A stretch of 53,378 bases of DNA from a virus. Taxonomy: Duplodnaviria; Caudoviricetes. Position 1 is the first letter of the stretch, and the number at the start of each line of letters is the position of its first letter. Of this stretch, positions 47,005 to 53,378 are shown piece after piece. Location of the stretch: positions 1 through 53,378 of the IMG/VR virus record IMGVR_UViG_3300043398_000164. One strand, 5' to 3'. Under the pieces are notes generated by a model. It saw only the letters and a list, made by a program, of their open reading frames with translations, was not told the DNA's origin and ran no database searches. A program made the position numbers and the translations under genes.

Positions 47005-47373
47005 ATGCTCCCCATCCCGAAATCCACCGCCACCAGCGGCAAGACGGACCTGCTCACTGGCGAGACTTCTCGCGTGTGGGAGTGCGTCGGCAACTGGTTC
47101 ACCCTCTATCTCCGCGAGGGTTCCACGAACGCCAACGGCTTTCACGCCAGCGACTTATCGCTGTTGAGTTGCCCGATCCGCGACGGCACCTTCAACGCCC
47201 ATGTCGTGAAGAACGAGACGGGAACGCCCACGGCGCAGGTGTTCACTGACGGCTCCGAAAACCTGCTGCATGTGTTCATCGCACCGGGCATGTTCTTCAA
47301 GCTGTCGATGGAAGCGGCCAACACACCGAACATCGACGCTTGGGTGGACGGCCCGGTCGTCAAGATTCACTAG
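47005..47373 (+). CDS. Hypothetical beta-rich protein
   Basis: AGGA RBS; last gene of the rightward arm. Confidence 0.7.
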   Translation: MLPIPKSTATSGKTDLLTGETSRVWECVGNWFTLYLREGSTNANGFHASDLSLLSCPIRDGTFNAHVVKNETGTPTAQVFTDGSENLLHVFIAPGMFFKLSMEAANTPNIDAWVDGPVVKIH

Positions 47374-47397
47374 AAAATCCCCGGCCGGGGCGATTTT
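47374..47397. terminator. Possible bidirectional terminator between converging arms
   Basis: AAAATC-CCCG-GC-CGGG-GC-GATTTT inverted repeat right after the stop. Confidence 0.45.
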
Positions 47398-47467
47398 GGC
47401 CTGCCGAGAGACGCATTACGCTCCAAAACTCTCGCAGACTGGCCGCGTGGCCTGCCCGGCCGGGGTG

Positions 47468-50400
47468 TTATTTCTTTTTCTTGTCGTATATCTGCACGCC
47501 TTCTCCGAACGTGTTGAGTATCGATAGGGCCGTGCCGGTCGGGATGCCCTGCTCCTTGTAGATGTTCAGAATGTCGCGGGTGTTGATGGGCGCGACGAGT
47601 CCAGCGCCTAGATTCCAGCCGCCTTCAAGCGAAGTGACATTGACGGGCCGGTTGCTAATATCAGAACCCGTTGACAAGTTAATCAGAGAACTCAAGAGCG
47701 GTGACGACTTACCGCGAGCGAACCGCACTTCCTCTTGCAGCTTGTCATAGGGCGACATCTTCTTCACACGCCCACGCTCATCGACGGTTTTGCTGGAGAA
47801 CATGCGGATCGCAAATCGAGTCAGTTGCGAGATGCCTGCGAGCGGATCAATGCGCGTACGGCCAAGTCGAATCTTGCCGAAGTCGGAAGAGCGCGGGTCG
47901 AGCGTGATCGAGAAGTCGTCGCGGTTGCCGAACGCCAGTCCATAGAGGCCGTACCACATCGCCGCCCCGAGCATCGAACGGGCGTATTCTTTAGCAACGA
48001 TCTTCTTGATCGTGCGGTCGCTGCGCCAGAACGGTTCGCCAAGTTCGTACTGAATGCGGCTAAGCAGGAACCGCGGGGCAAATAGAACGAGTCCGGCGCT
48101 GTGCATGTGTTTGTCGGCCGCCCTGAGCGTTCCGCGTCCGGTGCCGACGTTGATAGCATGGCCGAGCATTTTGTACTGGTCGTAAGACAATCCCATTTTG
48201 CCGCCTTGAATGTCGGCAAGCGCGTCGAACGTGTCCGCTCGCATGAGATTGATGTACGTCCTGTAGGCCCGCTGCGATCCAGCCACAAGCGGCACTTTCT
48301 TAAGAAACTCCGACGCCACAAATTCCTCGCGCGATTCCAATGGCATATCGCGTCTGAGGATCGTCATGCCAAGATCGTAGAGGCGGGCGTTGGGCCGCGA
48401 CAGAATCTCTTTCTCAATCGCGTAGTCCGCGCGATCTGACGCGAACGAACGCAACATGGGCTTGAGGTTTTGTGCCGCAATGAGCGGGTGACTCCATAGT
48501 GAATACTTCGACTGGCGCAACACAGCCGATAAGTCCGTTGACGTAATCAGGCCCATGCTTACGTCTTTAACGTCGCCGAGTATTCCCCAAAGAGTCTTGG
48601 GCTTGAGCGCGTCGATGGCGTGGCGAATCTCTTGATGCGTCTTGTCGAGATCGTAGTTGAGCTTGGTCCGCTGCTCGCTCATCACGTCGGCGTGCTTGCC
48701 GTGGCTGGGCAACTTGGTAATCTCGCCGGACTGAATCTTCCGCAGCGTTTCTTGCGCGGCGGCCAATCGCTTCTCCAACGCGACGGTGCGACGAATCTCT
48801 GCGAGCGCGTCGTTGGACGTGGCGATTTCCTGATTCAGTCTGGCGCGTTCCTGGCTGGCTACGTCGGCAAGTCGTGACCGCTGCTGCGGCGATACGTCGC
48901 GGTTCTCGACGCGGTTATTGATGTCATCCAGCTTCTTTTGCAGGGCCGCGATCTTCTTTTGCTCAACCTCTGCGGAACTGCGAATCCCCTTGCGCTCGTT
49001 GATGACCTTGCGCACGGCGCCAATCGCATCGTCGAGATTGGAGACTTCGATTTCGGACGGGCGGTTGTGAACGCGCTCGGGGCTGATTAAGTCCTTGTCC
49101 AATGAGTTCTCGGCCTCGCGGAGCTTCTCGCGGATCACGTCGAGTTCCGCCCGGTTCTTGTCCGTCAGGCCCGGCACGGCGGCGTTCGCTTCCGAGATTT
49201 CATCGAGACCAAGTTGCTTGCGGATTGACGCGACGGCGCTCTTAATCCGCGAGACTTCGCGGTGCTTGACCTTCTTGTCTTTCTTATCGAGCGACTCCAG
49301 CCGCTTCTTGGCACGCTCGCCCTTGTTGGTGAGCGACGCCAGTTTGGCGCGTTCCTCGGGAGTTGGCGCAGTCCCCTTGGCAATCTTGGCCCGCGTGACA
49401 ACGGAGGCGAGGTCGTAGTCCTGGTTGATCGTGAGTTTCTGGGCGGCCAGCGCCCGACCCTTTTCGGTTCCACTCGCACGGGTGGCGCGAGTGAGTGTGT
49501 CGAGGTCGGTTTCGACCTGATTCAGTTCCCCAGTGTCGGCTCGCGTCGGTTCCTTGGCGGCCTTAATCCGCTCAGTCAAGGCGGCGTGTTTGTTCTTAAG
49601 TTCCGCCATGCGAATCACGACGCCAGCCGTCTCGTCGGGAGTAAACGCCCGTGGCTTGTCGAGGACTTCGTTAGCCAATCCCAAGGCACTTTCGGGGATG
49701 CCGTCCCGTTTGGCGTTCAGGAGATTCTCGGCCCAGCCTTGCGTCTCGGCGTCGGGGATTTCCTCCAGGCCCAGCAAGGACCGGTCCCGGTCCACGAAAG
49801 CACGCTTGGCGGCGGTCAGGTTGTCGGTGGACGGCGGCGGTTCCGTTATCGCTGGCGGCTCAACGGGCGGCTCTGGGCGTGCGCCGACAGTCGCAGACGG
49901 CGGCTGCGGAGATTCAACTGGCTGGACGGTCGGTTGGACTGCCTCCACGGGCGGGGCCGCTACGGGGGCTGTGGGGGATTCTGTGACTGGCAGAGGAGGC
50001 GGCAATACATTCCCACTATCCGCTCGTTGTTGATTTAGGCGATTTCCAGTGAATAGGTCATTTTGCACATTGACGGCGCCCTTGGGGCGAACGCCGACAA
50101 GTTCGAGCAGTCTATCTATCCAATCATCAATACGCGAAAGCAAACCACGATTACCACCCCAGGCCTCGGTTGCTTGCGCGGCGAACTCCTCAATCTCCAA
50201 TCCAGTTTGTGGTCGGCGCTTTCCAGGCCTTAGGTACTTGTCTGTAAGTTTCAGGAGTTCAGCGTGAGTAAATAATCCGGTGCGAGTTGCAAGATGAACT
50301 AATTCATGCCGCAAAACATCGTGTTGCGTGCGCCCATCAGCCATCTGCTGCTTGATCCGAATGAGCCCCAACCCGTCATATCGAGTTCCGTCTTTTGCAA

Positions 50401-51895
50401 TAAGAGCACCGCGCCCCGTTTCATACGACCCCTGAACGTCCTCAAATACCTTTCTGTTTTCGGGCGTGTCATCTAGACCGTAATTTTTTAGGTTGTAGGC
50501 AATGCCTTGCTCGGACGTTGCAATCTTGTGTTCTTCAACAAGCCGAACATCACCGGCAGGAAACTTGAGAATGAAACCGCCTTCTGGGTGTTGTGTTATA
50601 TCGACCTTGGCATTTGGCACCGCGCGCTTAACTATCTCGCTAATTCTGGCAACTTCCTGGTGTATCGGAGATTCCTTAATCGCTTCCGCCAGTGCCCGTC
50701 GCTCTTTGTCCGTCTTGGCAATCTCATCGACGCCGGCCGCCCTGGCGGTTGAGCGGGATGGATGTTCGGCGAACGCGCCGATCTTCTCTTGGACTGAACG
50801 CGGCAGTTCCTCCATTCGCTTCGATATGGTATCGACCACCTTGCCCATGAAGGCGTGGACGGCAGGACCAGCGGCGCCAGCTAGAACGGATGGCCCGGCG
50901 ATGGCCTTCATCTGTGCTAGAAGTTCATCGCCGTTGTACTCATGCTCGCCGCCAGCAACGCCTACCATGTACTGCGAAATGGCCTGCCCTTCGCCTTGGG
51001 CCAGTTGCCCAGTAGCTCCACCGGCAATCTTCGCGGGCCACGCTGGGAGTTTGTATTTTTCGGCAACCTTCTGCGCCAACTTACCAACAATGTTGTCCCC
51101 CTCAGCACCGACGAGTTTCGAGAGTCCTGCCCCGAATATCTTTCCACCGGCAATCGTCCACGCGGCATCAACAAGTCCGTGTGCGGCGCCTTGCAGGTAG
51201 GCGTCCGTCGCGGATGTTCCTTGGGCGCGGGCTTGTGCGACATGATTAGCCGCCGTCGTGCCGCCGAAGAACGCCGCCATGCCACTGAGTGTGCCGCCGC
51301 CAACCGCCGCACCATAGATCGACGTAGCCAGCATGTCCACGCCATCTTGAATTGTGTTCTTGACGGCGCTGCCCTGATTGAGATACTCCCGCTTGGCGGC
51401 GTTGGCGCGGCCCGTCGATTGCATTTGCTCGACGGTTTCTCTGGCTCCTGGAAAACCAACCTCGGCGAGTAGCGAACCAACCGCCCCACCAACCGTGTGG
51501 CCGATGGCCTTACCCGCGCCAGCAATTGTCTGGGCTGGAAATGAATTGGTTAGGGCGTTGCCCTCTTCGGCCGCCGCCTGTCCGACTAAATCCATGTTGT
51601 GCTTGTAAATATCAACGCCCGCTTCACGCATGGCATTGTTCTTCGCCAAGAGGCCAGCGTACCAGTCATCCATGCCGGCCATCGGATCGGCAGGCTTTGG
51701 CGGCTCAGCGACATCCGCACCGCCTCCGAATGATTGCGGCGCTGGCGGTGCGGCGACTTCGACAGGCGCACCACCAAATGATTCTTCTGACGATGGGGAT
51801 GTGGCATCAAGTACAATTCCACCAAACCGATCGCGGCCAGACGCGGCTGGCGGCGCGTCGAGAATCATGCCTCCAAAGCGGTCGCCCTGTGCCAT
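47468..51895 (-). CDS. Large ejection / polyvalent protein with zincin-like HExxH domain
   Basis: 1475 aa; N-terminal FGG repeats, Gly/Ala hydrophobic region, RHELVH...EEFAA, coiled coils, DPRSSDFGKIRLG C-terminal region. Confidence 0.75.
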   Translation of the reverse strand: MAQGDRFGGMILDAPPAASGRDRFGGIVLDATSPSSEESFGGAPVEVAAPPAPQSFGGGADVAEPPKPADPMAGMDDWYAGLLAKNNAMREAGVDIYKHNMDLVGQAAAEEGNALTNSFPAQTIAGAGKAIGHTVGGAVGSLLAEVGFPGARETVEQMQSTGRANAAKREYLNQGSAVKNTIQDGVDMLATSIYGAAVGGGTLSGMAAFFGGTTAANHVAQARAQGTSATDAYLQGAAHGLVDAAWTIAGGKIFGAGLSKLVGAEGDNIVGKLAQKVAEKYKLPAWPAKIAGGATGQLAQGEGQAISQYMVGVAGGEHEYNGDELLAQMKAIAGPSVLAGAAGPAVHAFMGKVVDTISKRMEELPRSVQEKIGAFAEHPSRSTARAAGVDEIAKTDKERRALAEAIKESPIHQEVARISEIVKRAVPNAKVDITQHPEGGFILKFPAGDVRLVEEHKIATSEQGIAYNLKNYGLDDTPENRKVFEDVQGSYETGRGALIAKDGTRYDGLGLIRIKQQMADGRTQHDVLRHELVHLATRTGLFTHAELLKLTDKYLRPGKRRPQTGLEIEEFAAQATEAWGGNRGLLSRIDDWIDRLLELVGVRPKGAVNVQNDLFTGNRLNQQRADSGNVLPPPLPVTESPTAPVAAPPVEAVQPTVQPVESPQPPSATVGARPEPPVEPPAITEPPPSTDNLTAAKRAFVDRDRSLLGLEEIPDAETQGWAENLLNAKRDGIPESALGLANEVLDKPRAFTPDETAGVVIRMAELKNKHAALTERIKAAKEPTRADTGELNQVETDLDTLTRATRASGTEKGRALAAQKLTINQDYDLASVVTRAKIAKGTAPTPEERAKLASLTNKGERAKKRLESLDKKDKKVKHREVSRIKSAVASIRKQLGLDEISEANAAVPGLTDKNRAELDVIREKLREAENSLDKDLISPERVHNRPSEIEVSNLDDAIGAVRKVINERKGIRSSAEVEQKKIAALQKKLDDINNRVENRDVSPQQRSRLADVASQERARLNQEIATSNDALAEIRRTVALEKRLAAAQETLRKIQSGEITKLPSHGKHADVMSEQRTKLNYDLDKTHQEIRHAIDALKPKTLWGILGDVKDVSMGLITSTDLSAVLRQSKYSLWSHPLIAAQNLKPMLRSFASDRADYAIEKEILSRPNARLYDLGMTILRRDMPLESREEFVASEFLKKVPLVAGSQRAYRTYINLMRADTFDALADIQGGKMGLSYDQYKMLGHAINVGTGRGTLRAADKHMHSAGLVLFAPRFLLSRIQYELGEPFWRSDRTIKKIVAKEYARSMLGAAMWYGLYGLAFGNRDDFSITLDPRSSDFGKIRLGRTRIDPLAGISQLTRFAIRMFSSKTVDERGRVKKMSPYDKLQEEVRFARGKSSPLLSSLINLSTGSDISNRPVNVTSLEGGWNLGAGLVAPINTRDILNIYKEQGIPTGTALSILNTFGEGVQIYDKKKK

Positions 51896-53103
51896 TACTG
51901 CTTCCTGCCGCGAGTACCGGTTTGGGCGTCAATGTATTCTTCGCCGGGAGCGAGGGCGTCATACTCGGCTTGTGTGTTGATTCTCTTGGATCCGCCAGTC
52001 GGCTGCTGACTTCCATCAAGCTGCGCCACCCGCGCCTCGGCTTCCGCCTGCATCTTCAAGAGTGATGGCGTTACAAAGTCGCTTTCAAGCGGCATGGCTG
52101 GCATAGGTCCGCGCGGCGTGCCATCAACGCGGGCCTTGGTTTCAGCGGCGGCAATGCTGGTATTCCACTTCTGAACTTCTCTGCCAAACGCAATGCGAGC
52201 ATCGTTGACGGCCTTCATGGCTGCATAGGCTTGTGAGCGTGCAAACTTAACGGCTTCCTGCTGAATCCTCTGCGACGCCATATCGTCATTGCGTGCTAGG
52301 TCGGCAATGTGGGCATCGTTCTTTCGCACATCTTCATTGAATCCAGTTGTCCTATCCCACTCGTCCTTCTTGGCCTTGAGCGAGGCCGTCAGTAAGTCCT
52401 TCTGAATCCTGGGAACGTCTTTAATCTCTCCACCCGCTTCCAGATATGACGAGATGGCATCGACAGATAGAACTGGCGCTCCTGTGTCTGGTTCTCTCAC
52501 CATATTGGCGAGATTCGCCAATCGCTGTTGCTGCGCCGCGTCGTTCTCCTGATTCGCCAGTTGATCCGGCAGCCCCCACGCCATCCCGTTCTGTTGCTCC
52601 CAGCCTTGGATCGCCGCCTGCATCCCTTGCTCGGTCAGCTTGCCGTTCCGCTGATAATCCAATATCGCCTCGCGGTCGGCCATCGCCTTCTCAAACTGCT
52701 GCGTCTGCCGGAGTTTGGCGATTTGCGCCAATTGCGTGTCGGCGTTCCGCTGCGTGGCTTGCTGCTGGTAGGCGGCGTAGCCCTGATTCTGCATGTCTTG
52801 CTGGGCCAATCCGCCCATGATGCCAAGTTCTTTGGCGTACACGTCGGCCTGCAAGCCTTGCTGGAACTGGTCGGCTCGCTGGGCCATCTGGTCGTAGCCG
52901 AACTGGCGATCAAGTCCGCTCTGCTGCAAGCGGGCCGCCAGCCCGAGGTCATACTGCCGCTGCGATTCGCCAAGCTGCGCGTAGCGCAGTTGCGCCTCGC
53001 GGTTGAGTTGCTGGAGTTCGCGCAGGAGATTGCCGCGTCCCGTGTCAGCGGCAATGCCGCCGGCCAGCGTGGCGTCAGGCGTGTAGACTCGCGTGATGGG
53101 CAC
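51895..53103 (-). CDS. Gln-rich ejection protein
   Basis: Coiled-coil Q/A-rich; C-terminal EYDALAPGEEYID motif; 1-nt overlap with the next gene. Confidence 0.65.
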   Translation of the reverse strand: MPITRVYTPDATLAGGIAADTGRGNLLRELQQLNREAQLRYAQLGESQRQYDLGLAARLQQSGLDRQFGYDQMAQRADQFQQGLQADVYAKELGIMGGLAQQDMQNQGYAAYQQQATQRNADTQLAQIAKLRQTQQFEKAMADREAILDYQRNGKLTEQGMQAAIQGWEQQNGMAWGLPDQLANQENDAAQQQRLANLANMVREPDTGAPVLSVDAISSYLEAGGEIKDVPRIQKDLLTASLKAKKDEWDRTTGFNEDVRKNDAHIADLARNDDMASQRIQQEAVKFARSQAYAAMKAVNDARIAFGREVQKWNTSIAAAETKARVDGTPRGPMPAMPLESDFVTPSLLKMQAEAEARVAQLDGSQQPTGGSKRINTQAEYDALAPGEEYIDAQTGTRGRKQ

Positions 53104-53112
53104 AGTCGTCTC

Positions 53113-53378
53113 CTAGAAGCCGTAGCGTGGGTATGTGTGCTGGCGGCCTAACCGATTGAACTTGTGATTGGGCTGGAGAAGATATTGCCCGTCGCCCGCC
53201 ACGCCTTGAGCCAGCGGCGTCGGCGCTGCGATGGGACCGTTGCCGTACAGAGGAATCCCGCCCGTGTTTGTCTGCCGTTGTTGGAACGGTTGCTCGGGCA
53301 TGTTCTTGAGTCGTCCCCGTAGCCACCACGGGGGCTGTCCGTAGTAGCCGCCGCCCGGTTGATTGGGGAACGGCCCGC
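53113..53378 (-). CDS. 3' part of the join-spanning 159-aa protein
   Basis: In-frame continuation of the ORF starting at 341; ends ...HTYPRYGF*. Confidence 0.75.
   Translation of the reverse strand, partial: GPFPNQPGGGYYGQPPWWLRGRLKNMPEQPFQQRQTNTGGIPLYGNGPIAAPTPLAQGVAGDGQYLLQPNHKFNRLGRQHTYPRYGF
53252..53378. repeat. Terminal direct repeat, copy 2
   Basis: Identical to 1-127. Confidence 0.95.

Noticed and set aside
39313-47373. Diversity-generating retroelement acting on adhesins
   Set aside because: No reverse transcriptase and no TR/VR pair differing at adenines was seen.
1-53378. Stop-codon reassignment
   Set aside because: Genes pack tightly under the standard code and TAA, TAG and TGA all end genes.

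Overview
This window is an apparently complete, circular-mapping tailed dsDNA phage genome of about 53,251 bp. Bases 1-127 equal 53252-53378, and an ORF reads through the join. The gene layout is podovirus-like, and the host is probably a Planctomycete (inference from a DUF1559/H-X9-DG prepilin-like gene). A leftward arm (17.4 kb to 1, wrapping to 47.5 kb) carries terminase, portal, scaffold, major capsid, adaptor, nozzle, fibre and ejection-type proteins. A rightward arm (18.6-47.4 kb) carries small early genes, a serine recombinase, YqaJ/RecT recombination, a replication initiator, RusA, a C5 methyltransferase, a papain-like protease/holin-like block and several beta-helix/Ig adhesins. A ribbon-helix-helix repressor with divergent sigma70 promoters separates the arms. 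The most notable items are: (1) a 300-aa terminase intein whose HNH endonuclease is a separate gene nested in another reading frame; (2) a mini DUF1559 pilin-like moron with its own promoter; (3) a 133-nt tRNA-like RNA with enlarged anticodon and variable arms; (4) a methyltransferase whose motif IX lies in an overlapping frame; (5) a promoter/structured-leader/terminator unit ahead of a lysis-position block with no recognisable endolysin. All family calls come from motif recognition by eye and synteny; no searches were run.
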